Shown: positions 47,737 through 62,059 of the stretch, one piece after another | Numbering within the stretch: position 1 is the first letter of the stretch | Layout of the letters: every line of letters begins with the position of its first letter | Assembly: GCA_964016885.1 (NCBI GenBank) | Contig: OZ024745.1 | Span: 15,748,001-15,812,000, forward strand | From: Eledone cirrhosa | Lineage: Eukaryota | DNA length: 64,000 nucleotides | Direction: 5' to 3' | Notes under the pieces: generated by a model | What the model was told of the DNA's origin: nothing | Seen by the model: the letters and a program-made list of their open reading frames with translations, nothing else | Database searches by the model: none | Translations under genes and position numbers: made by a program

Positions 47737-49100
47737 ATTCAGTGTGGATTAAACGTTCAATGTGAACTAAAAGGAAGAAGGTATCACTGAACTGTATCTA
47801 AATGAATGTGTATGTCATTAGATGAGTTCAAATCCCGCCGAGGTTAACTTTGCCTTTCATCCTTACGGGGTCGATAAAATAAAGTACCAGTAATGCACTA
47901 GGGTCGATTTAATCGACTTTCCCCTCCCCCAAAATTGCTGGCCTTGTGCCTATATAAGAAACCCTTATTTAGCCTTGTGTATTCAATATACATTTGAAAG
48001 TCCTCTATCAAACCTTAGATTCCTCATAAATGAGATTCCACTCTAGTTTTCTAACAGTACCTCAATTAACAATACAAATTCATATTGGAAACATTAAATC
48101 CAGGTGTTACTTTATCATTTCAGAAAGTTTCGTAAATTAGATCAATTGTTATCAGTTATGTTTAATATTCTATTAAAGTGACCACAATTAAAAGGTTATT
48201 TATTTGCAGCCATAGAAAACTTTAGCCGAACTCATACGAATACTGAAGGAGGTACTCCATGACAAAATGAGCTATTGGCATTTTCTGCTTGCTGCACTCA
48301 TTGAAAAGTATTTTGAATCTGTGAATACAATGTTTCAGTTCTCTTACAATAGCCCTTATGAACTGCATTTAGAGACACGTAGTAAAACCCTGCATATTAG
48401 AAGTTTATAATATTAAAGGCTGGGAAAATGCTATTGAAGAGGTTGATCGTAGAGCCTAATTTAAACAAGTTGAAAGTCATCTAATTGGATGCAAGGACAT
48501 CAACATGCTAGAGAAGAAGAATGAAGTAAAGTTCTCGCTGTCAAAAACTACAAAAGATTCCTTATTTTAAATTCTAGATTATGTGATGTAACTTATCTAT
48601 TCAAAATCTCTTATTTCAAAAGCTTAAAAAAAAAAAATAAATAAACATAAATAAAATAAAAAGAATCCTCTTAAGTCAGACATACTTTACAAGTGCAGTA
48701 ACAAAAGAAATCTTCATCACATCCCGTGGCAGATGAAACAGCTGAAGCTATAATGATGTTATTTTAGAAATTTGAGATATAGAATTGAATGAAGCTGACT
48801 TTGTTACAAATCTTTATTGATGGTGTATACTGGAGTATTTGGCCATTTTTGGTCAACTATTTAACAACCTTCGTTGTATGGATTGTGTTATAGTGTGAGG
48901 TGTTGGTATAGTGGCACATCTATATTGTCATGGCTTATTTTATAGTGTCACAGTGGGTACCGTCTGTTACCGATATAACACTATATTAGCAGGCTGTCGC
49001 CGTATCGAATTTTCTATTTTCTATCTATTTTTTCTCTATCTCCTATCTTCCATTCTATGTTTGGGTTCAACGTAATCTCGTTACATAATTCTGCAAATAA

Positions 49101-49171
49101 CACCTGATGACATCGCCTAGTCTTGCATCCTAACCGGATGATAGAGCTGGGACATCGAAATATGTATAGTG
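49101..49171 (+). ncRNA. Type I hammerhead (family B), stem II base degenerate
   Basis: cac-CTGATGA-...catcc taacc ggatg...-GAA-ATATGTAT-A-gtg. Confidence 0.6.
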
Positions 49172-49400
49172 CTTTCGTGGAATTAACATTCTAAAGTAAA
49201 TATTCCATTCATGCCTTCTGTTGTTTTAATGTATATATGTACGTCAATACTCACCCTTTTTCCATTCAGAGGGTTTTTAAAAACTCTCCACTATCAGACT
49301 AATTTCTTTAGTAAAAAATGCGGCGTAAGCTTATATTACAAACAAGCTACTTTATTACAAACTGCGCTCGCTGTTTCAAAAGTAACTTTGTCTTTATATA

Positions 49401-49481
<81 letters not shown>

Positions 49482-49992
49482 TGTATATAATGTACATGGC
49501 CTCAGCCTCTCGGCTGAAACTCCTAATAAAGTAATGTATATGTACACACGGCAACTTTAGTATATTTGTAAGTTTTACAATCGCTATCTAAATCTGTTAC
49601 TGTTATTTTCAGTAAAGTTATGATTAAATAATAACCTAAGTGTTGAATAATTACTAGTTATGTCTACACTGGATGAAAGAAAGCAGCAATATAAGTATAA
49701 ATATAGCTTATGATTGATTTAAATGAAATTATTGTTTGTTTAACGGAGAGTTTGTCTGATGTAAAACTATACTGAGATGCCTCACTATCGTACCACGTCT
49801 AGGTGGATGTGATTATGTGGCCATCATATATATATATACTCGTGTACACGCACACACACACTCATACATACACATACACAACACCCCATACACATACATC
49901 CTTCTCCCACACACACTCATACATACACATACACAACACCCCATACACATACATCCTTCTCCCACACACATACGCATACATACACATACACA

Positions 49993-51200
49993 CCCTCCTC
50001 CAACACACACACTCACACACATACCCAACCTCCTCCAACACACACACTCACACACTTACAAAACCTCCTCCAACACACACACTCACACACATACACAACC
50101 TCCTCCAACGCATAAACTCACACACTTACAAAACCTCCTCCAACACACACACTCACACACATACACAACCTCCCCCAACACACACACTCACACACATACA
50201 CAACCTCCCCCAACACACACACACTCCCACACATACACAACCTCCCCCAACACACACACTCACACACATACCCAACCTCCTCCAACACACACACTCACAC
50301 ACTTACAAAACCTCCTCCAACACACACACTCACACACATACACAACCTCCTCCAACACACACACTCACACACTTACAAAACCTCCTCCAACACACACACT
50401 CACACACATACACAACCTCCTCCAACGCACACACTCACACACATACACAACCTCCCCCAACACACACACTCACACACATACACAACCTCCAACAACACAC
50501 ACACTCACACACATACACAACCTCCTCCAACACACACACTCACACACATACACAACCTCCTCCAACACACACACTCACACACATACACAACCTCCCCCAA
50601 CACACACACTCACACACATACACAACCTCCTCCAACACACACACTCACACACATACCCAACCTCCTCCAACACACACACTCACACACATACACAACCTCC
50701 TCCAACACACACACTCACACACATACCCAACCTCCCCCAACACACACACTCACACACATACACAACCTCCTCCAACACACACACTCACACACATACACAA
50801 CCTCCTCCAACACACACACTCACACACATACACAACCTCCTCCAACACACACACTCACACACATACCCAACCTCCTCCAACACACACACTCACACACATA
50901 CACAACCTCCTCCAACACACACACTCACACACATACACAACCTCCTCCAACACACACACTCACACACATACCCAACCTCTCCCAACACACACACTCACAC
51001 ACATACCCAACCTCCCCCAACACACACACTCACACACATACACAACCTCCTCCAACACACACACTCACACACATACACAACCTCCCCCAACACACACACT
51101 CACACACATACACAACCTCCTCCAACACACACACTCACACACATACACAACCTCCTCCAACACACACACTCACACACATACACAACCTCCCCCAACACAC
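49993..51200. repeat. 35-bp minisatellite, about 34 units
   Basis: cctcctccaacacacacactcacacacatacacaa. Confidence 0.97.
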
Positions 51201-51410
51201 CACCGACAGACCCCCCAAAAAAAACAACAACCACATATACTTCACACACATAATTAAAAAAATAATGATATGCCGTCTCGTCTTCCACTGCCGGCGAAAC
51301 TTCGAAGTCACTTACTCTATACTTCTCTATTGATTCCCAATTAGATTTTTGCACTCGTTATTTTAAGGTTCATTGTATTCCTCATAAAAAAGACACCCTC
51401 CAATTATACA

Positions 51411-51661
51411 TACATGTGAAACCATAGCAACCTTATATACGATACTACACTACATGTGAAATCACAGCAACCTTATATACGATATTACACTACATGTGAA
51501 ACCATAGCAACCTTATATACGATATTACACTACATGTGAAACCATAGCAACCTTATATACGATATTACACTATATGTGAAACCATAGCAACCTTATATAC
51601 GATATTACACTACATGTGAAACCATAGCAACCTTATATACGATATTACACTATATGTGAAA
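51411..51661. repeat. 40-bp minisatellite, about 6 units
   Basis: tacatgtgaaaccatagcaaccttatatacgatattacac. Confidence 0.97.
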
Positions 51662-52571
51662 TGATAACAACACATTGTGAACTATTACTTTACATGTGAA
51701 ACCAGAGATTGCAAATTGTCAGTTGTTAGACCGTAGAACAAATTGATTTTCCAAAGTTGTTTCAGCTCTTTCCACCCTGAATTCAAATTCCACCGAGATA
51801 AACTTTGTCTTTCTTTCTTTAGTGGGCGATAACATATAGTCCAGGATGATGGATTGCTGGAATAATTAGAGTATCGGATGATATGCCTTGCCGAATTTGT
51901 CCTGGCTCCTTCATGTTCTGACTTCAAGGCTGGCCATGTCTCCTGTTTAAGGATACTTTTCTCTAACCAATCTCGGGGGGGGGGGGGGGGGGGGGGCTGA
52001 ATGTAACCAAGGGCAATGCCCTTCCCTCTCTCATTAAACAGTAAAAACACTAACAAGATTATGTTATACATTTCATTATATATGAAACCATGGCAACATA
52101 TTGGAAATGAATCTAAATTATTAAATATTTTCCGTGATGCTATATAGAGAAATGAAACAAGCTTCTCATTCTAACATCGTTAAGTTGGCGTCAGACCAAT
52201 CTATAATATATGATTAGAATATTATGGAAAATTAGTTTGAACTAATTAACTAAAAGCTCTAATAGGATTATTTGAAATCACTAATTAATATGTCAGGTTG
52301 GTTGACTTTCAAGCGCTGCTTTACAAGAGATATTCCAAATATCTTGTTGAACGCTTTAGGAAATTACAATTGACTTCAGGCTAGTGAGAATTTGTGAAAA
52401 CAGTCTCAGGAAATGGAGCAAATGATTATTTAGAGTTTTGTTACAGATTTGATTGACGAACAACTATTTTTCCATGTGGGGATCACAGATTTACAGGACG
52501 GTAAAGTAATTATATTTCTTACAAATTCACTATGAAAGTAGTGTTAACACATCGTTTTATGGCGATCGCCG

Positions 52572-52727
52572 TAAGTCTCGGTCCTCGGACTGGTGTTTTG
52601 CTCTGCCAAATCATGAGGCGACCATCTTGCGTGAGGAAGCAGCCCTAATTAGGTGTGAATGGATGAGGCAACCGGATACTGCAGTAATACTTTCACCACC
52701 TTGTCCGCTGAGCGCAGCTAAGATGGA
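52572..52727 (-). ncRNA. HDV-like ribozyme candidate (slightly degenerate)
   Basis: P1 ccatct/agatgg; P2 tagggc/gactta; P3 tgc/gca; L3 ttcctcac; P4 cctc/gagg; J4/2 aCcgA; elements in the correct nested order. Confidence 0.6.
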
Positions 52728-52997
52728 CTACCCAACCAAGAGTGTAGAATGATTACCCTTTCATCATTTCCCCCATTTATTTATTTATTTATTTATTTAT
52801 TCTCTCATTAAAAAAACAAACAAACAAATTCTCTCTTCCTGAATATAACATTTTAACCACAAATACAGACAGGAATGGTTCATATAATCAATACGGAGAG
52901 TCTATTTGTTTGGAATACTATATATATATATATATATACATATATATACACACACATACATGCACACACACACACACACACACACACACGCGCGCGC

Positions 52998-53069
<72 letters not shown>

Positions 53070-53662
53070 ACGTGTGTGTGTGTGTGGGCGTGTGTGTTTC
53101 CAAATTTATCTTAAGCCGTTGTGACCGTATTTCTAATGAAACACTCTCTATTTCAATTACTTAATTAATTAAACAGTTTGGGAGATATACTAAAATTATT
53201 AATTATTTAATTATTAACAAAGTACCTTAAGATATGTTTCGTATATAAAATTAAGATTTTAATTCAAATAAGAATCATTTAAAATGGCTGGTTTCGTTTC
53301 ATAGAGCCAGGGTCGGTTTTGGGAGGGGTGTATAAGGGAGTAAAAAGGGAAAATGAGAAAGAATACTCGGCTGAGGTAATTTTAATTACGCTGATGAAGA
53401 TCAGCTCACAGGAACTGTCAGCTGACAGGAAGTGAGTGTCAGGTGACGGGAAGTAAATGGCGCTTAGTATGAAGTTACCTGGAGGGGTATCCAGGTGACG
53501 TGTATTAAATAAGTGATGGTTGGTCAATAAATAAAAAGAGCAACAGACGTTAGTAGAGTCAGGAAACTAATGATCTGAATTAGGTAACATGAAGAAAGGG
53601 AATGTGTGACTGAACGGTGGGCTGACTCATACATACATACATACATACACACATACATATAT

Positions 53663-53720
<58 letters not shown>

Positions 53721-53735
53721 ACATACATACATTCA

Positions 53736-53769
<34 letters not shown>

Positions 53770-53813
53770 CATACACACACACACATATATATATATATAC
53801 ATACATACATACA

Positions 53814-53847
<34 letters not shown>

Positions 53848-53862
53848 CATACACACACACAA

Positions 53863-53913
<51 letters not shown>

Positions 53914-53969
53914 CATATATACATATATGCATACATACATACATGCATACCTACATATATACATACATA

Positions 53970-54037
<68 letters not shown>

Positions 54038-54055
54038 CATACATAGATACATTCA

Positions 54056-54137
<82 letters not shown>

Positions 54138-54829
54138 CATACATATATACATATATGCATACATACATACATGCATACCTACCAACATACATACATACGT
54201 ACATACATACATACATACATGCATACATACATGGTGGCTGCCAACTCGTTTTCGAGTACGGTCAATACTTTATATCCATGTAGGAGAACACCTACCGATG
54301 CGCTGAACGAGTGTGACTTTTTAGTCCAGCCAGCGACTTGAAAACTCTGGTACAAACACTACACCTGTGACAATTATTGACACATAGTGCTGGGCCCATG
54401 GTACCATGTGACGACAAGTGCAGAGAGATCTCCAGATATAAAGCAATGCCTGTGCCGTGAAGCTTTTATAGTGAGCAAAGGCACTGCACAAAGCCAGTCC
54501 CACTCTCTTAACCAAGATGATATTTACCAAAAAGAAGCACAAGTCAACATCATTGGATACCATCAGGGTTGCAGTTGTAATATCAGAGTTTTCCTTCTCC
54601 TAGAATTCTGCCTTGACAAAGGCTAAGGGGTCATCTCTCCCGGTGATTTTGGATGGCCATTAACTCTTAAGAGCTCCTTTGCCCTTTGACAGGTTTTGTT
54701 TTTAGTCCTGCAGGACATACATACATACATACATACTCACATACATACACACATACATACATACATACATACGTACAAACATACATATATACATATATAC
54801 ATACATACGTACATACATACATACATACA

Positions 54830-54860
<31 letters not shown>

Positions 54861-56870
54861 GTAGGGGGGGTTGCATAGATCACCTACTAACTAACAAAAT
54901 GATTCAGGAAAAAACAACAAAGAATCGCAGAAACATGACTGTCGTGTGGCTGGACTATCAAAAAGCATTTGATAGTGTACCTCATGGGTGGATTATTAAG
55001 GCTTTACAGTTAGCTAAAGTCCCACAACCATTAGTAGCTGCTGTTGAACGCCTGACCAAGAACTGGTACACCAATTTGATCCTTAGAGGTGAGAAGGAGC
55101 AGGTTAAGACTGATAGGATACATTACCAGAAGGGCATCTTTCAGGGTGATAGCTTGTCAGTACTACTCTTCGTTCTCTCACTGAATCCACTATCTTACCT
55201 ACTCAGGAAACAAGGTGGACAAAGAAGTGGGCCCAGAAGTATCTCCCATCTTTTCTTTGTTGATGACCTGAAGTTGTATGGGCCAAATATCAATGACATC
55301 AAGAAACAATTGGACCTCATTACACAATTTTCAACCGACATCAAAATGAAATTTGGTGAGTCCAAGTGTGCATATTTGGCAGTAAAACGTGGAAGAGCTG
55401 TGCCCTCCTCTAGAAATCTAGATATGAACGGCCTGACAATACAACCTCTGCAGTCAGGTGACAACTACAGATATCTTGGACAGGATGAGAATGTCAGATA
55501 TGATGGACCCATAAATAAGGAGAGAACCAGAACTGAATACCTCAGAAGAGTAAAAAAAAATATGGTCATCAGAACTGTCAGCATACAACAAATACATTGC
55601 CCACAATACCTATGCTGTGCCAATTCTAACGCCAACATTTGGCCTACTGAACTGGTCATTGCAAGAACTAAGTGAGATGGATGTTAGAACTCGAAAACTT
55701 CTCAGTGTTACTGGGAACTTTAACATCAATGGTGATGTGGATAGGCTATACTTCTCACGCAAGGAAGGTGGCCGGGGTCTAAAATCAATATTAACAACAT
55801 ATGAGACCCGGATAGTAACACTGAAGCAACACCTTCAACAGAGGAAAAAGGTTGGCGACCATCTTGCTCAGGTTTATGAGCATGAAAAAAGAAATATCAT
55901 TAGAATAGCGACTGATCTGGAGGAGAGATATGGAATAAAGCCTGATATAAATCTCTCACCCAGAGAAATCGGAAGATCCTATTCAATGTTCAAACAAGAA
56001 AAAAAAATTGACCAATTTACAGAGAAAGTTGTGCATGGATACTTGAGGCGTAAAACACAGACCATAGAGGGGATAAACCACTCAAAAAGCCTGGCATGGA
56101 GTTCCGACAAGTTTATGACATCACATCTTGAGGGATATCTCTATGCAATACAGGAACAAGAACTCCCTACCAAATATCTGCTGCACAAAAGAGGAGGGCC
56201 AGCAGCTGACAATAAATGTAGGCTATGTAAAACAAAGATCGAGGATGTAAGCCACATTGTTGCCAGCTGCGAAAGAATGTCATCTCGCTACTACCTCCCC
56301 ATGAGACACGATGGGATAGCTAGAACTATCTGGAACGCACTTCGGAAAACAAAATTAACAACAAACGAGGAAGAATATATTGAGACAGATGGCACTAAGG
56401 AATACTGGTGGAACCTGAAAATAAAAACTGCCACCAAATTAAAGCACAACCGGCCTGATATTGTAGTTTGGGACCACACATTGAAAACGTGTTCTGTTGT
56501 GGAGATCAGCTGCCCACTTGATGTAAACGTTGTCAGAAAAATACAGGAGAAGGAGGACATCTACGGACCATTGATGAGGAGCTTACAAATCCAGTATCCA
56601 AGATACACCTTTAGCTTCATACCCATCATTATTGGTGCTACGGGTTATATACCAACCCGCTTGGACCAAAGTATGACCGAACTTGGATTTGCGGACAAAA
56701 AGCGCAGCTCCCTAATTCATAGTCTACAAATGGCTGCGATAGCTGGCACCTTCAAAATATGCAAAACATTCTTGCGATTCAAGGGATGACAATTTCTTTT
56801 CTTTTACAACCTTGCCACCAGGAAGGTGGCCGGTCAAAAAAAATACTCGAAATTAAGAGAAAGAGAAAAC
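54861..56870 (+). mobile_element. 5'-truncated R4/Dong-like non-LTR retrotransposon (RT, CCHC, restriction-like endonuclease)
   Basis: WLDYQKAFDSVPH, GIFQGDSLS, FVDDLK, YRYLG, EGGRGL, CRLC...HIVASC, RHD, RPDIVVWD...VEISCP; one frameshift at the poly(A) 55552-55560; (CATA)n both sides. Confidence 0.93.
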
Positions 56871-57644
56871 ATACATACATACATACATACATACATACAC
56901 ACACACATACATACATGCATGCATACATACATACATACATGCATACATACCAACCTACCTACCTACCTACATACATATACACATACATGTATGTGTTTGT
57001 GGATATGTAAACCAGCATTCGAATCGGAGACGCAGGCTGCACGATTACCACTGATAAAGGACGCACAGAGAATCCCTTATGGTTGATTCCCAGCCTGCTA
57101 GAAATAGCAGTCAGGTTGGCTAGCATACCCTTGATGTTTTTCTTCTTCTTTGATTTTATAAAATGAGTATCAATAAACCTTCCTGGATATACCCTTACTC
57201 CATTGCTGTACTTACTTTTCGATTTTGCCTTTCATTCTTTTGAGGTCGATAAAGAAATATTACCAGTCTAGTACTGGGGTAGATTCTTCCTCTATATCTC
57301 TTTCTCACTTCCCGTCTCTCACTCTTTATCATTCTCTGGAAGAAATCTTCCGTACTCAGGCTTAGAGAGGGATGTGCTCCACCAGGCTTAAAATATTGAA
57401 GACACGCCGTATATTAACACGACACCATTACAACTCCATCAGGAGTTATAGGACCACACCATACTCTAACACATCGCATTATCCCGCCGAGGTTAATTTT
57501 GCCTTTCATCCTTACGGGGTCGATAAAATAAAGTACCAGTAATGTACTGGGATAATTGCTGGCCTTGTGCCAAAAGTAGAAACCATTATATGAAGCCTAC
57601 TGTATTGACACAACTAGTGTAGAATTTACCCTTACATATTGCAT

Positions 57645-57900
57645 AGAGGCATCGCTGAATGGTTAAAACTATGCCCTTCACAATTATGTGGTTCCAAGTT
57701 GGATCTCACTGCGTGGCACTGCGTGGCACTGCGTGGCACTGCGTGGCACTGCGTGGCGCTGCGTGGCGCTGCGTGGCACTGCGTGGCACTGCGTGGCACT
57801 GCGTGGCAAATGTCTTCTATCATAGCCTCGGATTGACACCAGAGCCTTATCAGTTAAATTCGATAGACGGAAATTACGTGAATGTCTATCGGAGGACCCA
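57645..57900 (+). mobile_element. SINE (family S3) with internal 10-bp expansion (gcgtggcact) x about 10 at 57707-57808
   Basis: tRNA-like head, then cactgcgtggca...ggcaaatgtcttcta.catagcctcgg; degenerate relative at about 14190-14325. Confidence 0.65.
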
Positions 57901-57956
57901 ACCTGTTCTTTGATTGAGAACTTAACCCGTCGTCCAGTTTTATACTATCACATAGG

Positions 57957-58025
<69 letters not shown>

Positions 58026-59379
58026 TGTGTGTTTCAGTGGAATTCACTCTGTTGTAAATATTCGGGCAAAGTCTGTTGTCAGAAGATAGCTTCCTCTCCT
58101 CCTCCTAACACCCCCAGAGCCTGTGAAAAGAGGATATGGACACTGTCCTTCCTTCTTTGAATAAGTCATGAAACTGGAATTATATAAAGTTTTAATAAGC
58201 CCATTTCTTATATACTTCTAATAAAAATTACTGCCTATGGTTTTAAAATCAGTTTAAAAATAGTCAAAACTTTGGTGCGATTTAGCAAAATAACGAACTT
58301 TCTCATAATTTAACTGGTGTTTGAAGAACACTTTAACAAAGGTTCTAACATAAAATTTGATGGAAGGTTTTTAGATAAATATAAATACATTAAATTTAGT
58401 AGAAATAGAAGCTTTCATCGTATTTTGACTAAAGAAACTTCAAACATCGCTCGCTATCTTCAAAACAAAAGGCTTGCTTTGTCAAAATACATTAAAATAA
58501 ACAGGTTTGCATTGTAGAACTAGAGCGGTTTCAAGTGATTTGGTAATAAATGGGTTAAAGAATATTGAAGCTGTTTTGTAAACTACACAGAAAAAAGGAA
58601 CATTTATGTTACCAAAAGCGGCGCTGCTTCTATTTGTGCAATCAGCAACACAAAAGCATAAGAACAACGGGTTCAATTCCTACCAGGTATCACAGTTTAA
58701 AACTGGAAACAATCATCTCGCTTACAATACATGAGATCTTGTATAATATAGTAATTATTTTTTAGTTCTTGTCTTCCTATCTCTCCAACCAACGGCAATG
58801 TTAGGTTTGTATATTTTGATTCATCACAGGAAAAAAAAAGGCTAGAGGAAAAAGGAAGAAAACGAGAAGAAATGCAGCTTGTTTGAAGTAAAAAGAGAAC
58901 AAAAATGGTAAACTATATTATCGAAGGAAACTGCTTTAGAGAAAAATTTCTGCGTAAATATATAAGAAAAATATATATAAGATAAGAATATAGAAGCAAA
59001 AAATCCAAAATGAAAATCTAAAAAGACAAGAAATAGTAGAGTAGGAAAATGCCAACAGACGAAAGAGTAAGAGAAAAGAAAAATATAAAAAGAGGAGAAT
59101 TTTAAGAAATACAGAGGAAAATTTAAAAGAAAGAAATGTCATAGAAAAAATATAAAGATATAAAAGAAGAAAAAGTAAAAAGTAAATAAATAAAAAGGAA
59201 AGTAAGAAAAATAAAGTGAAAACTGAACAAGTATCGGGGCATTAAAATTATCTTTTCTTTTTACAGTAATAGATCGTCAAGGTTTGTGTAGTTAGTACTA
59301 CTGTCACTACTGGTGTCACATCTGAGGGTAGTCAGACATGATTGTTCATACTACTGCTCATACTTATTTCACCCTTAAG

Positions 59380-60531
59380 ATGATATCACTGGGTGGTAAT
59401 GTTTACACTCTACACTAGTACCACGTATATAGTAGACATTACTGACTGGTAACGTCTAGTACACTCTACACTAGTACCACGAATATAGTAGATATCACTG
59501 ACTGGTAACGTCTAGTACACTCTACACTACACTCATCATCATCATCAGGTCGAGCTTGCTCGGGTTTCTACGACACGTTTCCTCCATCCATCTCTGTCTC
59601 TCATAGCGTTTGCCAGTTCTTCCGCAGTGCATCCAGTATCGTCCTCAAGCTGCTTGACGTATGTCTTCTTGTGGCCAGCAAATCTGAGTCTTGACCTGCT
59701 GATAGGTGGTATATTGCCATAGAGATCCTTATTTGTTGGGTATTCCCTCCAAGATACGTTTAAAGCAGCACGGAGCATACATGTGTCTAGCTTTTTCTCC
59801 AGTTTCGACGTTAGCATTGAGAAAAGCCCTAGACGAAAACTTAGAGCTTGGTTTCACTCTCACAAAGCGAAAGTGTAGACGCCATGCAGCTCAGAGAATC
59901 ACCGATGCTGACTATGCGGATGATTTAGCGATCCTCGCTGACTACCTTAAGGATGCAACATCACTACTTCACAGCATCGAATCAGTTGCAAAGGAAATCG
60001 GACTCTATGTCAACGCAGGCAAAACAGAATATATTTGCCTGAACCAAGACTCCTCAGTTGGTATACGAAGTCTAAACGGCGATATAATAAAACAAGTTGG
60101 TGACTTCAAATACTTGGGTGGCTATATCGCCTCCACAGAACATGATGTTAACATCAGACTGGGAAAAGCCTGGGGAGCATTGAATGCAATGGAAAAAATA
60201 TGGAAATCAAACCTGCCGGCCAAACTGAAAAGGAATTTCTTCAGAGCTGCTGTGGAATCTGTGCTTGTTTATGGCTCTATCACGCTACACTAGTACCACG
60301 TATAGTAGATATCACTGACTGGTAACGTCTACACTCTACACTAGTACCACGTATAGTAGATATCACTGACTGGTAACGTCTACACTCTACACTAGTACCA
60401 CGTATAGTAGATATCACTGACTGGTAACGTCTACACTCTACACTAGTACCACGTATAGTAGATATCACTGACTGGTAACGTCTACACTCTACACTAGTAC
60501 CACGTATAGTAGATACCACTGGCTGGTAACG
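59380..60531. repeat. About 51-bp minisatellite split by an RTE insertion (59380-59533 and 60285-60531)
   Basis: ctacactagtaccacgtatagtagatatcactgactggtaacgtctacact units. Confidence 0.9.
59534..60284 (-). mobile_element. RTE-group LINE with 5' inversion and (TGA)n tail
   Basis: Minus strand: LTSKLEKKLD...RAALNVSW...RLRFAGH...MRDRDGWR plus tgatga tail. Plus strand: [18 protein letters not shown]. Confidence 0.9.
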
Positions 60532-60534
60532 TAA

Positions 60535-61498
60535 GAGATAGGGATGCAGGCAAAACACCTAGATGTGATAACAAATGCAGACTGCAGAATTAACATCACC
60601 CATGTCATAAGTACCCATGTCATAAGTACCCATGTCATAAGAACCCATGTCATAAGTACCCATGTCATAAGAACCCATGTCATAAGTACCCATGTCATAA
60701 GTACCCATGTCATAAGCACCCATGTCATAAGCAGCTGTCCAAAGATGTCATCGCGGTACTATTTACCTATGAGGCATGATGTAGTGGCCAAACCACTGTA
60801 TGATGCAATCCGTAAAAAAGATAGTCCCGACAATAAACACATTAAAAGCTACAGCAATGTGGAAGACATCCATGTACATAATATGAAAGAGTACTGGTGG
60901 AATGTTCCAGTAAAAACCCCAATAAAATGCAGGCATAACGGGCCAGATATTATGATGTGGGACAGGTAAAAGAAAGCATGAACAGTAGAGGAAATTAGCT
61001 GCCCAGCAGATGCCAATATAATATCAAAGATTAGCGAAAAGGAGAATATTTATGCAGAACTGATGAGAAATCTGCAGATACTCCACCCTGATTACACCTT
61101 CAGATTTATGCTCGTGATTATTGGGGCACTGGGGTATGTTAGTAACTGCCTCAATACAAATCTTGAGAAGATAGGCTTCACAGGAACAGAAAGAACACAA
61201 GTAGTTAGGAAATTACAAGTACAATCCATAATGGAACAGTAAAAATATATAAAACATTTCAAAAATTTTGCATCTAATAACTACATATACACATGTACAG
61301 ATACAAAGCATATACACATGCACACATACAACTCAAAACATCCACATCCACACATACAATAACATCCATATCTGCACATGCATGCATACATAATTTACCT
61401 AGTTGTGTGTAAATTCCAATGAGCGAGTCTTGTATCTATGTTAGAAACCGACTCTCTCTCTATTGGGAAACAAATTTGTGAAATTATAAAACCAGAAC
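60535..61498 (+). mobile_element. R4/Dong-like 3' fragment (second family) with a 15-bp in-frame expansion
   Basis: SCPKMSSRYYLPMRHD, KEYWWN, PDIMMWD, EISCP, IIGALG; 3' end runs into (CATA)n. Confidence 0.88.
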
Positions 61499-61680
61499 AT
61501 ACATACATACGTACAGACATACATTCATACATTCATACATTCATACATTCATACATACATACATACATACACACACATGCATATATACATACCAATAAAT
61601 ACTTTCATAGATACACATACGTATTTACACAGGTATATATACATGTATATACACACGTATATACACACGTATATATATAT

Positions 61681-61774
<94 letters not shown>

Positions 61775-62059
61775 GTATGTACACATTGTAACAGATAATA
61801 TTTCATTTTTGAAAATTATAACTATATTTTGCACGAAATAATTCTTCCGAAATTGGTGTCAAGGAATAATTTTCTTGTTCAATCTTGATTTATAACTTTT
61901 TTTTGTTGCTATTAAATCTGGAGTTTATTAGCAATTAGCGTTCTTTCACCTGCTGCTTGTGGAATAGTGTGTAAATTATATGTAAACAGTCTGTAAACTG
62001 TGTGAACTAAATATTATTTGTACAGATTAGCTAGCGTATTGTAGGAATTACAGAGAGAC

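Noticed and set aside
48180-48900. Possible host exon or old transposon coding sequence (also 3300-3830 and 58300-58760)
   Set aside because: Interrupted by stops and no motif I can identify.
49493-49540. agcc tctc ggct-GAAAC...GTA hammerhead-like half
   Set aside because: No CUGANGA-like strand and poor stem III; at best a truncated remnant.
49803-51257. 484/478-aa His/Thr/Pro-rich ORFs
   Set aside because: Stop-free translation of a 35-bp minisatellite in several frames.
51411-51661. CRISPR-like periodicity (also 29640-29748 and 60285-60531)
   Set aside because: Head-to-tail units with no unique spacers, no cas genes, eukaryotic context.
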